Below are positions 13,070 through 25,280 of a stretch of 64,000 nt of DNA, piece by piece (within the stretch, counting starts at the first letter, position 1; each line of letters starts with the position of its first letter). The position numbers and the translations under genes were made by a program. The stretch is from Mustelus asterias (lineage: Eukaryota): assembly GCF_964213995.1 (NCBI RefSeq), contig NW_027590141.1, positions 1,054,001 through 1,118,000 of the forward strand, in the 5' to 3' direction. The notes below the pieces were generated by a model. It was not told the origin of the DNA and searched no databases. It saw only the letters and a program-made list of their open reading frames with translations.

Positions 13070-13920
13070 CGTTGCTGAATAATACAGGTTAAGTTGTGTC
13101 CCGCGGGAATCTGTCTTGAGGTCTCAATTATTTATAATATTCATAACGGCTTAGATAATGACACAAAAAGTCAAATAATCCAAATGATAGTTCAAGGTAG
13201 TTTTTAGAAGGCAGAAAGTAAAATTTAGTGGATGCCCAGCGAGATTTGGGTGTTCAAGTGAATAGCTTCTTAAAATGCCACGAACTGATGCAGAAAATAG
13301 TCAAGCAGGTCAACGGAATTCTGGCCTTTGTATCTAAAGGACTGGAGTATAGGGATGCAGATGTTATGCTGCAATTATGCAAAATCCTGGTTAGAGCCCA
13401 CCTGGAGTACTGTGCACAGGTTTAGGCACCACACCTTTGCAAAGATTTTGGTCCTGGAGGGAGTTGAACGCACGTTCACAAGAATTAGACCTGGCCTTTA
13501 GGGGTAAAGTTGCGAGGAGAAATTAGACAAATTGGGACTTTTCCTCTCGAATTCAGAAGGTTGAGGGGTGTTCTGACAAAAATCTACAAAATATTACGGG
13601 TAGGATCGGGCGGATCAATAAGTTGAAGGCTCTAGAATAAAGAGCCATAATTTAAAAAAAACAGGGCCAAGCCGTTCAGGAGAGCTGATGGAAAGTATTT
13701 CTACGCACAGAGAGTGGTGGACTTTTGGAACTCTCTTCTGCAAAGGCCAGTGGGTGCTGGTTCAATTGTTAGATTTATCTCTGAGATCGATTTTTTTATT
13801 GAACAGGGGTATCAAGGGATATGGGCCAAGCGCAGGTACATAGGGTTTGGCCACAGATCAGCGATGATCTTATGAATGGGTGGCGAGTTCGAGAAGCTGA
13901 ATGGCCTGCGTCTGCTTTTT
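13070..13920 (+). mobile_element. Old CR1 3' fragment
   Basis: ORF 13228-13425 QRDLGVQV...LVRAHLEYCAQ. Confidence 0.7.
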
Positions 13921-14411
13921 TTATTCATGCTTGGGACATGGGCTTCGCTGGCTGGTCAACATTTATTCCCCATACCTAGTTGCCCTTGAGAAGGTTATGG
14001 TGAGCTGCCTTCTTGAATCGCTGCAGTACATGTTCTGTGGGTAGACCCACAATGCCGTTAGGGAGGAAATTTAAGGATTTTGACTCAGCGATTGTGAAGG
14101 AACGGCGATATATTTCCATGTCAGGATGGTGAGTGGCTTGGAGGGGAACTTCTGCTCCTATGTTCCTATGATGCCAGGTCAGCATCAAAGCATAATGCCT
14201 CAATCCATGGTAATGTATATTTGTTCATTTTGGTTAGAAGGAGGAATACTGACCAGGGCGCTGTTGGAGACAATGGGACCTTTAATGTTCAGTTCAGCAA
14301 ACATGGTGCTGGGGAAAATGTATTTGTTCTTCATTCCATCTGAAAGACAGTTGGGGTAATTGTCTCTTAAGCCCCCCAGGAAACAAAGATGGAATCTTAA
14401 GTTGAAGGAAA

Positions 14412-14421
14412 ATGTGTGTGA

Positions 14422-14470
<49 letters not shown>

Positions 14471-14478
14471 TGTGTGCG
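14412..14478. repeat. (GT)n microsatellite
   Basis: Direct dinucleotide run. Confidence 0.95.
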
Positions 14479-16329
14479 TTTTCTGAAAAACGTCATATTG
14501 TTTACAAATCAATTTCACAATGATAACCGGCGTCCTTCCATTGAAAATAAAAAATAGACGCAGAGTAAACACATCAAATTCAGAATGGTTTCTTTTTCAA
14601 ATGTCACCTTTGTTGATGACTGAGAAGGACAATTTTTGAGAGGTTGGCTCTGTTACAAATGCTGCCCATGAAGCTACCAATTGTGGTTTTATGTTGTCGT
14701 TTTCTGTGTCATGAATGAGACTGAGGAGTTTTGATGGAGAGCGCCTTTTTCCCAAATATGGTAGTCCCTGCTCTGCTTCCGGTGTTGTATGTCTTGATCA
14801 GATTGACGAAGGTAAAGATAAGTACATAGGGCATATAAAGCAGATATTTTCCAGAGTCAATCTTCCATTAAAAACAATACATTGTGCTTCAGGATAATCC
14901 GGATCTTCAAACAGATGAATGTTTTCAGATGTGTCAGTGGCAATGATGTATATATATCTATAGTTGTTTCAATGTCCTCTGGCAGCATTTTCTTCCCCGG
15001 TAGTGTTGTGCTTTTGAATCATGCATCTCCTGCGGCGCGCATCCTATCTTCCATTACAAAAGAGAAGATCATAAATGTTCATAAAGTTGGTATTTATTTT
15101 CACCAATTGCCATCCATTCACAAAGTTGCATAATTTTGTTCACCAGTTATCAACCATTCATAAACATTCATATATTTACGTTTTAATTTAAGGGATGTGA
15201 TCGTTGCTGGCTAGGTCAACATTTGTTGCCTATCCCTAATTGCCCTTAGTAAGCTGGTGGGGAGCTACCTTCTTGAATTGCTGCGAAGCCTCTGGTGTAT
15301 GTACTCACACAGTGCTGTTACAGAGGGTGTTCCAGGATTTCAATCGAGCGACAGTGAAGGAAGGGCGATATTTTTCCAAGTCAGTTATATGACTGACTTC
15401 GAGTGGAATTTACACGTGATATTCCCAGGTAACTCTTACCCCTGTCCTTCCAAATGGTGACAGTCCTGTGGTTGGAAGGTGTTGCATAAGAAGTCTTGGT
15501 GAGTTCCTGAAGTGAAACTTGTGGATGATGTACAATTCTGCTGTTGTTTGTCGGTGGTGGAGGGAGTGAGCATTTGCAAATGCTATGCCAGTCAAGCCGC
15601 CTGCTTTGTCCTGAATGCTATAAAGCTTCTTGAATATTGTTTGAGTTGCACTCATTCTAGCAAGTGGAGAGAACTCTATTACATTAATGAGTTGTTGTTT
15701 TATAGGTGGTGGACAGGTTTGGGGAGTCAGGAGGTGAGTTACTCACAGCAAGCTGACCTGATATTCCAGCCGCAGCATTTACATATCTAGTTAATTCAGC
15801 GATTAGCCAATGGTAACCCCGACGATATTCATAGTGGGTGATTCAGTATCGTAATATCATTGAATGACAAGGAGCAATGGGTAGATTCTCTCTTTTTGGA
15901 GATGGTCATTGCCTGGCGCTCATATAACTAATAATCTTCAAATCACAAAAATAAATAAATATTTCACAAATTATTTTCAGCATTTTATTTGGTACAAATA
16001 TAGTTGCAGTTTATTTATTGTAGTTTATTGAGATTCAAATTTATTGAGGTCACTTTGGCCTTTCTGTCACCAAAGAATCAAATCTGTCTCAGAATTCAGC
16101 GGGAAGTCGAATCAAATCAGACCGAGGATAATGAGCAGCTACCCAGCAGCCTCTGCGCTTTATTGACACGTAATCAGCTCATCATCACACATAAACCCCT
16201 GATATATAACTGGAGTGTGTAACCATTTTTAAAGTGACTGTATAACTGAAAGGACCTGTATCTAATGTTATATATAATTTATAATATCTAATATGACGTT
16301 ATAGAATCTTAAGATCCAGATTAATTATT

Positions 16330-16654
16330 CATAGAACAAAGAATCTACAGTGCAGAATGAGACCATTGGGCCCATCGAGTCTGGAGCGACCTCAATCCTA
16401 CCCAGGCCCTGTTCCCGTGACCCCTCATATTAACCCCACTAATGCCCCTGACACGAGGGTTAATTCAGCATGGCCAATCAACCTGACCTGCACATGTTCG
16501 GACGGCAGGAGGAAACTAGAGTACCCGGAGGAAATCCACACAGACACGGAGAGAAATTGCAAACTCCACAAATACAGTGACCCGAGGACGGAATTGAACC
16601 CGGGTCCCTGGCTTTCTGAGGCAGCAGGGCTAACCACTATGACACCATGCCACC
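16330..16654 (-). mobile_element. V-SINE with CR1-type 3' tail
   Basis: Reverse-strand A/B boxes, V core and ctgcactgtagattc tail. Confidence 0.75.
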
Positions 16655-16904
16655 CTTGCACACTTACAGAGTACTGGAAAGTCATTTACCATTTGAGTCT
16701 GTCCAGTGAGTTTCACAATATTTCAATTGCCTCATTATTTTTTTAGCCTGTTACCTTCACATAGCCTGTTACCTGTTTAGCCTGTTACCTTCACATAGGT
16801 GATATGTTGAGTGATTTGTTGCACTAGAAAGGGCCACATGTTCCAAATATTACAATCCTCCCCCCTCAACCTAATCCCTCTTTCCATCTTGGATTTGAAG
16901 ATTT

Positions 16905-17480
16905 TGAAGACATCGGTGAGGCTACACTTGGAATGCTGTGTACAGTTCTGGTCACCCTATTATAGAACGGATATTATTAAACTAGAAAGAGTGCAGAAAA
17001 GTTTTACTAGAATGCTACGAGGCCTTGTTGGTTTGAGTTGTAGGGAGGGGCTGGATAGACTGGGAATTTTTCTCCGGAGCGTAGGAGGCTTGGGGGGATC
17101 TTATCGCTGTCTATAAAATAATGAAGTGCATAGATCAGCTCGATAGTCAATATATTTTCCCAATGGTAGAGGAGTCTAAAACGAGAGGGCATAGGTTTAA
17201 GATGAGAGTGGAGAGATACAAAATGGTTCAGAGGGGATATTGTTTCACACAGAGTGTGGCAAGTGTCTGGAACAGGCTGCCAGAGGTAGTGGTAGAGGAG
17301 GGTACAATTTTGTCTTTTAAAAAGGGTTTAGACAGTTACATGGGTAGGATGGGTACAGAGGGTTATGGGCCAAACGCGGGAAATTGGGATAAGCTGAGTG
17401 GTTAATAAAAAGGACGGCATGGACAAGTTGGGCCGAAATGCTTGTGTCCATGCTGTCAACCTCTATGACTGTATGACTCT
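16905..17480 (+). mobile_element. CR1 3' fragment
   Basis: LECCVQFWSPYY..LERVQK..TRGHRFK translation; (ctctatga)n tail. Confidence 0.8.
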
Positions 17481-17576
17481 AGTCACCATCAGCATAGAGC
17501 ATAGAACATAGAAAGCCACAGCACAAACAGGCCCTTCGGCCCACAAGTTGCGCCGATCACATCCCCACCTCTAGGC

Positions 17577-20489
17577 CTATCTATAGCCCTCCATCCCATT
17601 AAATCCCATGTACTCATCCAGAAGTCTCTTAAAAGACCCCAACGAGTTTGCCTCCACCACCACCGACGTCAGCCGATTCCACTCACCCACCACCCTCTGA
17701 GTGAAAAACTTACCCCTGACATCCCCCCTGTACCTACCCCCCAGCACCTTAAACCTGTGTCCTCTCGTAGCAACCATTTCAGCCCTTGGAAATAGCCTCT
17801 GAGAGTCCACCCTATCCAGACCCCTCAACATCTTGTAAACCTCTATCAGGTCACCTCTCATCCTTCGTCTCTCCAGGGAGAAGAGACCAAGCTCCCTCAA
17901 CCTATCCTCATAAGGCATGCCCCCCAATCCAGGCAACATCCTTGTAAATCTCCTCTGCACCCTTTCAATGGCTTCAACATCTTTCCTGTAATGAGGTGAC
18001 CAGAACTGCGCGCAGTACTCCAAGTGGGGTCTAACCAGGGTCCTATAAAGCTGCAGCATTATCTCCCGACTCCTAAACTCAATCCCTCGATTAATGAAGG
18101 CTAGTACGCCATACGCCTTCTTGACCGCATCCTCCACCTGCGAGGCCGATTTAAGAGTCCTATGGACCCGGACCCCAAGGTCCCTCTGATCCTCTACACT
18201 GCTAAGAATGGTACCCTTCATTTTATACTGCTGCTCCATCCCATTGGATCTGCCAAAATGGATCACCACACACTTATCCGGGTTGAAGTCCATCTGCCAC
18301 TTCTCCGCCCAGTCCTGCATTCTATCTATGTCTCGCTGCAACTTCTGACATCCCTCCAAACTATCCACAACACCACCTACCTTGGTGTCGTCAGCAAACT
18401 TACCAACCCATCCCTCCACTTCCTCATCCAGGTCATTTATGAAAATGACAAACAGCAAGGGTCCCAGAACAGATCCCTGGGGCACTCCACTGGTCACTGA
18501 CCTCCATGCAGAGAAAGACCCCTCCACAGCCACTCTCTGCCTTCTGCAGGCAAGCCAGTTCTGGATCCACAAGGCAACAGCCCCTTGGATCCCATGCCCT
18601 CTCACTTTCTCAAGAAGTCTTGCATGGGGGACCTTATCGAACGCTTTGCTGAAGTCCATATAGACCACATCCACCGCTCTTCCTTCGTCAATGTGCTTGG
18701 TCACATTTTCAAAGAACTCAACCAGGCTCGTAAGGCACGACCTGCCCCTGACAAAGCCGTGCTGACTACTTTTGATCATACTAAACTTCTCTAGATGATC
18801 ATAAATCCTGTCTCTCAGGATCCTCTCCATCAACTTACCAACCACTGAGGTTAGACTCACCGGTCGGTAATTTCCCGGGCTGTCCCTGTTCCCTTTCTTG
18901 AATATAGGGACCACATCCGCAATCCTCCAATCCTCCGGAACCTCTCCCGTCTCCATCGACGATGCAAAGATCATCGCCAAAGGCTCCGCAATCTCCTCCC
19001 TCGCCTCCCACAGTAACCTGGGGTACATCCCATCCGGTCCCGGCGACTTACCAACCTTGATGCCATTCAATAGTTCCAACACATCCTCTTTCTTTATGTC
19101 CACATGCTCGATCCTTTCTGTCCTCCGCAATCCAGCAGTACAACCACCCAGATCCCTTTCCACCGTGAATACCGAGGTAAAGTATTCATTAAGCACCTCC
19201 GCCATTTCTAACGGTTCCGCACAAACTTTTCCCCCTTCACCTTTTAAGGGTCCTATGCCTTCACATCTCATCCTTTTACTCTTGACATATTTGTAGAAAG
19301 CCTTGGGATTCTCCTTAATCTTACCCGCCAAGGTCTTCTCATGACCCCTTCTCGCTCTCCTAATTTCCTTCTTAAGCTCCTTCCTACATCCCGTATACTC
19401 CTCTAAATCCTTAACACCTCCTAGCTCTCTGAACCTTCTGTACGCCTCTCTTTTCTTATTTACCAGGTTCATCACAACCTTCGTGCACCACGGTTCCCGT
19501 ACCCTACCAACACCCCCCTGTCTCATCGGAACGTTGTCATGCAGAGCTCCAGACAAACATTCCTTGAAAATCCTCCACTTTCCTTCGGCACTTTTCCCCA
19601 AGAATGCCTCCTTCCAATTTACCCGTCTAATTTCCTCCCTGATGACACTGTATTTCCCTTTACTCCAGAGAAACACTTTCCTAGCCTGCCTGACCCTATC
19701 TCTTTCCAATGCTATCGTGAAGGAGATAGAATTATGATCGCTATCCCCAAGATGCTCACCCACCGAGAGATCCTCCACCTGTCCAGGTTCATTAGCCAGC
19801 ACCAGATCAAGAACAGCCTCTCCTCTAGTAGGCTTATCCACATACTGTGTCAGGAAACTCTCCTGGACACACCTAACAAACTCCTCTCCATCCAAACCCC
19901 TAGCCCTAGGGATATTCCAATCTATGTTTGGGAAATTAAAATCTCCCATCACGACAACTCTGTTATTCCTACATCTCTCCAGGATCTGTTTCCCCATCTG
20001 CTCCTCAACATCTCTGTTACTATTGGGCGGCCTATAGAAAACACCCAGCAAAGTTACCGACCCCTTCCTGTTCCTAACCTCCACCCACAGAGATTCCGTA
20101 GTCAGTCCCTCCACGGCGTCCACCTTCTCTACAGCCGTGACACTATCCCTGATCAACAGTGCCACTCCCCCCCCTCTCTTGCCTCCCTCCCTGTCCTTCC
20201 TGAAACATCTAAAACCCGGCACCTGAAGCACCCAGTCCTGTCCCTGAGACATCCAAGTCTCCGTAATGGCCACCACATCACAATTCGAAGCAGCAATCCA
20301 CGCTCCAAGCTCATCCACTTTATTCACTACACTCCTGGCATTAAAATAGACACATCTCAGACCTTCAGCCTGAGCACTTCCCTTCTCCCTCACTCGTCTA
20401 ACCTCCCTCTTACCCTGTCTACATTCCTTATCTATTTGCGAGCTAACCTCCTCGCTCTCAGTCCCCTCATTTCGATTCCCTCCCCCCAA
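17577..20489 (-). CDS. CR1 ORF2p: APE-like endonuclease plus reverse transcriptase (970 aa, uninterrupted; listed start is TTG)
   Basis: EN motifs YFNARS, ITETW, GDFNFP, SDH; RT motifs NYRPVSLTS, DFSKAFDKV, GVPQGSVLGP, FADD. Confidence 0.93.
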   Translation of the reverse strand: MGGGNRNEGTESEEVSSQIDKECRQGKREVRRVREKGSAQAEGLRCVYFNARSVVNKVDELGAWIAASNCDVVAITETWMSQGQDWVLQVPGFRCFRKDREGGKRGGGVALLIRDSVTAVEKVDAVEGLTTESLWVEVRNRKGSVTLLGVFYRPPNSNRDVEEQMGKQILERCRNNRVVVMGDFNFPNIDWNIPRARGLDGEEFVRCVQESFLTQYVDKPTRGEAVLDLVLANEPGQVEDLSVGEHLGDSDHNSISFTIALERDRVRQARKVFLWSKGKYSVIREEIRRVNWKEAFLGKSAEGKWRIFKECLSGALHDNVPMRQGGVGRVREPWCTKVVMNLVNKKREAYRRFRELGGVKDLEEYTGCRKELKKEIRRARRGHEKTLAGKIKENPKAFYKYVKSKRMRCEGIGPLKGEGGKVCAEPLEMAEVLNEYFTSVFTVERDLGGCTAGLRRTERIEHVDIKKEDVLELLNGIKVGKSPGPDGMYPRLLWEAREEIAEPLAMIFASSMETGEVPEDWRIADVVPIFKKGNRDSPGNYRPVSLTSVVGKLMERILRDRIYDHLEKFSMIKSSQHGFVRGRSCLTSLVEFFENVTKHIDEGRAVDVVYMDFSKAFDKVPHARLLEKVRGHGIQGAVALWIQNWLACRRQRVAVEGSFSAWRSVTSGVPQGSVLGPLLFVIFINDLDEEVEGWVGKFADDTKVGGVVDSLEGCQKLQRDIDRMQDWAEKWQMDFNPDKCVVIHFGRSNGMEQQYKMKGTILSSVEDQRDLGVRVHRTLKSASQVEDAVKKAYGVLAFINRGIEFRSREIMLQLYRTLVRPHLEYCAQFWSPHYRKDVEAIERVQRRFTRMLPGLGGMPYEDRLRELGLFSLERRRMRGDLIEVYKMLRGLDRVDSQRLFPRAEMVATRGHRFKVLGGRYRGDVRGKFFTQRVVGEWNRLTSVVVEANSLGSFKRLLDEYMGFNGMEGYR

Positions 20490-20494
20490 CCTTT

Positions 20495-21211
20495 CTAGTT
20501 TAAAGTCTCACCAGTAGCCTTAGCCAACCTTCCCGCCAGGATATTGGTCCCCCTGGGATTCAAGTGCCACCCGTCTTTTTTAAACAGGTCACACCTGCCC
20601 CTAAAGAGGTCCCAATGATCCAAGTACCCAAATCCTTGTCCCTTGCTCCAGTCCCTCAGCCACGCATTAATTCTCCACCGATTCCTGTTCTCACTCTCCC
20701 GCGGCACAGGCAGCAATCCCGAGATTACTACCTTTGCATTCCTCTTTCTCAGCTGTCTACCCAACTCCCTATATTCTCTTTTCATGATCCCTTCCCTCTT
20801 CCTACCGATGTCAGCAGTACCTATATGCATCACGACCTTGGGCTCCTCTCCCTCCCCCTTCAGGATTTCTGGGACTCGACCAGAGACATCCCGGACCCCT
20901 GCACCAGGGAGGCAAACCACCATCCGAGAGTCCCGTCTGTGTCCGCAAAAACGCCTATCTGACCCTCTCACCGTAGAGTCCCCAATTAGCACTACCCTCC
21001 TTTCCTTACCCCTTTGCACTACTGGGCCAGGCTCAGCTCCAGAGACACTGCCACCGCTGCTTCCCCCAGGTGGGCTGTCCACCCCAGTAGTACTCAGACA
21101 GGAGTACTTATTATTAAGGGGCACATCCACCGGGGTGCTCACCATCACCCGAGCTTTCTCCTTCCTCACTGTTACCCAGTTACCCTCCTCCCGTGGTCCC
21201 GGTGTGACCAC
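20495..21211 (-). CDS. CR1 ORF1p, SGNH/GDSL esterase-like domain (N-terminus missing)
   Basis: LIGDS, HIGT and DGWHLN motifs typical of esterase-type CR1 ORF1. Confidence 0.85.
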   Translation of the reverse strand: MVTPGPREEGNWVTVRKEKARVMVSTPVDVPLNNKYSCLSTTGVDSPPGGSSGGSVSGAEPGPVVQRGKERRVVLIGDSTVRGSDRRFCGHRRDSRMVVCLPGAGVRDVSGRVPEILKGEGEEPKVVMHIGTADIGRKREGIMKREYRELGRQLRKRNAKVVISGLLPVPRESENRNRWRINAWLRDWSKGQGFGYLDHWDLFRGRCDLFKKDGWHLNPRGTNILAGRLAKATGETLN

Positions 21212-21249
21212 CTGCCGATAGCTCCTGTCAATGACCTCCTCAGATGGAA

Positions 21250-23250
21250 AAAAAATCAGACTGCTCTTAGTTCATTTGTTCCCGATATCTCGGGGATTGA
21301 ATTCACCGAGAAAATCTGGAAGGACTAAATTTTGCAGCACAGCATTAAAGCAAAAGTTAAAGCATACAAAGCGGCAAAGATTAGTGGGAAGCCAGAGGAT
21401 TGGGACGCATTTCAAAGCAAGCAGAGGACACTAAAAAAGCAATAAGGGGGAGAAGATGAAATATGAGTGTAAGCTAGGTAGTAATATGAAATAAGACAGG
21501 GAGAGTTTTTTTCAATATAAAAAAAGGTAAGAAAGATGCAAAAATTGCCATTGGACCACTGGAAAATTAGACTGGAGAAGTAATAATAGGAAACAAAGCA
21601 ATGGCAGAGGAACTGAATAGTTACTTTGCATCAGTCTTCACGGTGGAAGACACCAGTGGAATGCCAGAGCTCCAGGAGAGTCCAGGGGCACAGGTGACTG
21701 TAGTGGCCATCACTAAGGAGAAGATTCTGGGTAAATTGAAAGGTCTGAAGGTGGATAAATCACCTGGACCGGAAGGACTACACTGCAGGGTTCTAGAAGA
21801 GATAACTGAGGAAATTGTGGAAGCATTGGTGGTGATCTTTCAGAAATCACTGGAGGCAGGGAGTGTACCAGAGGACTGGAAAGTAGCGAATGCAGCACCA
21901 CTGTTTAAGATGGGAGGGAGGCAGCAGACGAGAAATTATAGGCCGGTTAGCCTGGCTTCGTTCATTGGCAAGACTTTAAATTCCATTATTAAAGATGATA
22001 TCGCAGAGTACATGGAAGGGCATGATAAAGTAGGACTGAGTCAGCACAGCTTTGTGAAGGGGAGGTAATATCTGACAATTCTGTTAGAGTTATTTGAGGA
22101 GGTAGCAAGGAAGTTAGATAAATGAGAGCCAGTGGACATGATTTATTTAGATTTCCAGAAGGCCTTTGACAAGGTGCCGAAAAAGAGACTGTTAAATAAG
22201 TTAAGTGCACATGGTGTTAAGGGTAAGATCCTGTCATGGATAGAGGATTGGTTGATTAGCAGAAGGCAGAGAGTGGGAATAAAGGGGTCTTACTCAGGAT
22301 GGCAGCCGGTGACTAGTGGTGTGCCTCAGGGGTCAGTGCCTGGACCACAACTTTTCACAGGATGCATTAACGATTTGGAGGAAGGAACTGAAGGCACTGT
22401 TGCTAAGGTTGCAGATGATACAAAGATATGTAGAGGGACAGGTAGTATTGAGGAAGCAGGGGGGCTGCAGAAGGGCTTGGACAGGTTAGCAGAGTCGGCA
22501 AAGTTGTGGCAGCTGGAATTCAATTTGGAAAAGTGTGAGGTTACGCGCTTGGAAGGAGGAATGGAGGCATAGACTATTTTCTAAATGGGAAAATGCTGAG
22601 GAAATCAAAAATACGAAGGGACTTGGGAGTCATTGTTCAAGATTCTCTTAAGGTTAAAGTGCAGGTTCAGGAAGACAAATGCAATGTTAGCATTCATGTC
22701 GAGAGGGCAAGAATACAAGAGCAGGGATGTACTTCTGAGGCTGTACAAGGCTCTGGTCAGACCCAATTGGAGTATTGTGAGCAGTTTTGGGCCCCATATC
22801 TAAGGAAGGATGTGCTGGCCATGGAAAGGGTCCAGTGGAGTTTCACAAGAATGATTCCTGGAATGAAGACTTGCTGTATGAGGAACGTTTGAGTCCTCTG
22901 GATCTGTACTCGTTGGAGTTTTGAAAGATGAGGGGGGATCTTATTGAATCTTTCAGGATACTGCGAGGCCTGGATAGAGTGGGCGTGGAGAGGATGTTTC
23001 AACTCGTAGGAAAAACTAGAACTAGAGGGCACAACCTCAGACTAAAGGGACGATCGTTTATAACAGAGCTGAGGAGGAATTTCTTCAGCCAGAGTGTGGT
23101 GGATCTGTGGATCTCTTGCCGTAGAAGGTTGGAGGCCAGGTCATTGGGTGTTTTTAAGACAGAGATAGATGGGTTTGTGATTAATAAGAGGATCAGTGGT
23201 TATGGGGAAAAGGCAAGAGAATATGGGTGAGAAAAATATCAGCCATCATT
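21250..23250 (+). mobile_element. Degraded CR1 of a different subfamily
   Basis: ORF pieces 21601-22068, 22132-22572 (DFQKAFDKV, GVPQGS, VADD) and 22593-23230, with stops and frameshifts. Confidence 0.88.
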
Positions 23251-24979
23251 GAATCCGTCCACTCTCTGATTTCTCAATCAAAACATTCAGGCATCCACCT
23301 ATCGTTCATCCCTGCATCAACGCAAGTATTCCTTTATTGTTGGGTAGATGGTGGCGTAATATTAATGCCAGTGTACCAGTAATCCAGAAGCCCGGGCCAA
23401 TGATGTGGAGACACGAGATTAAATCCGACCCTGGCAGCTGGTGGAATTTGAATTCAATCAATAAATCTGGAATACATACTGACAGCGACCAGATAAACCT
23501 CTCTGATTCCCCAATGAAGGAAAACTGCCATCCCTACCTGGTCTCATCAGGATGTGACTGCAGACGGACAGCAATATAACTAACTGGGCAATGCCTTCTG
23601 AGATGCCCTAGTATACCACTCAGTTCAAGAGAAATTAGGCAAAGGGAATAAATGTTGGACTTTCCAGAGATTCTGACGTCCCATGGAAGGGTAAAGTGAA
23701 ATAAAACACAAGCATACATGTTTTTCTAGTATAAAATATATCACCTCTCTGAATCAACTCTCATAATCTGCCGGTATTTTTTTAATATCCATCCATCAAT
23801 GTTTTGTTGTGTTGGAGAGATCATCATTGTTGCTAACAAGGTGCCAGAGGAGCTGAATACTTTCTTTTCCGAAGAAATGGCAAACATTCATAGATGTTTG
23901 CAACTTTAAAATAATTAAATTGCCTCCAGTACTGTTGCTGGGTAGATCTGTTTATAAATAGGCCCCATTGACAATGCTGAGAGTTTGAAGTTGGCTTGCA
24001 GCCAAGTGTTCAGTACTGAGGAAACAGATCTTTGATTTACTGAACAAACACCCTCAGCTGCTTCCTGTAAATATTTTTGGGTATTTGGCAGCAGGCTGGA
24101 CTGTTGCCAAATACTGCGTAGGACAGATTAACGTGAATCTGTAAGGATAACATGGGACTTCGTCAGTTACACAATAAATGTTTTATTCCCAAAAGGAAGG
24201 CACATTTTAAATGGCTTTTCTTCTAAGCAAATATTTTAAATGAATGCACTTTTCATTATGTGATTAAAAAGTATCGGAAACTAGTCAATTGACTTGATGC
24301 TATTTCATTTGTATAGCCTCCAAAGAAATGTCCTTCCAACAATTAAAGCCTCTTTATGAACAACTTCATGAAGTGCAGGAAAAATATGTTGATGTCCCCA
24401 ATCCCTCAGTCCAATGAGGTCAGTGTAAAGGCACAAAAATGAAAATAATTAAAAGTAGAAGAAAATCATATATCTACCTTGAACAGCGGGGATTTCTGGA
24501 AAATTCTCAATGTTCTGCTCCTCATTAAAAACTTATACCTGATGTACAACGTGTTCTGTTGTCCAGCATAATCTGGTTTCGATTATTTAACAGTCCCTCT
24601 CATAACTGCCAATGAGTGAAGAAATGACCAGTTCATAACCTGGTTCAGTGAAAGATAAAATATTTATTCTTGTGATATTATGCATTATGCCACAAAGTCC
24701 TGATATCCTGTGTTCCCAATACCAGCTGCTCGCCAATAAAATGAACTGTCATGACTTGGATGCTGAAGGAGAACTTTCCTGATTGCCGTGTCCGTTCTCA
24801 TTCATTAGCTTCTTTGTCAAAAGTCAATGTCAATTTTATGTTTCTCTGTCAACTCAATGCTTAATTGTAAGTCAAGAAGTTTCCTTTCACCGTTAATTTT
24901 CACAGGGTTAAGGAGCTGTTGGGGAAATATAAGGTGTAACATTGTATCAGATAAGGAGTTTATTTTGTTAATTTATTCG

Positions 24980-25280
24980 TGGGCGGCAAGGTGGCATAGT
25001 GGTTACCATTGCTGCTTCACAGCAACAGGGACCGCGGTTCAATTCCCGGAATGGGTCACTGTCTGTGTGTAGTCTGCACATTCTCCAATTGTCTGCCTGT
25101 TTACTCCCATGGTCCAAAGATATGCCGATTAGGTTGATTGGCGATGATGAATTGTCCCATAGAATCAAGTGAATTAGCAGGGAATATATGAATTAGCAGG
25201 GATGGGAATAGGGCCTGGGTGGGAGCGTTGTCGCTGCGGGCCCGATATGCTCCTTCTGCACTGCAGGGATTCTATGGACT
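24980..25280 (+). mobile_element. V-SINE, degenerate
   Basis: gggcggcaaggtggcatagtgg...ggttcaattccc; tail ctgcactgcagggattctatg. Confidence 0.7.

Larger units (their letters stand above)
17495..21243 (-). mobile_element. Near full-length CR1 LINE: intact ORF2, ORF1 truncated at its 5' end
   Basis: Two open ORFs and a (TTCTATG)n 3' tail at about 17495-17512; homology stops at about 21243 inside ORF1. Confidence 0.95.

Noticed and set aside
18162-21328. Plus-strand ORFs up to 319 aa opposite the CR1
   Set aside because: Antisense shadows of the LINE coding frames, also seen opposite the other CR1 copies
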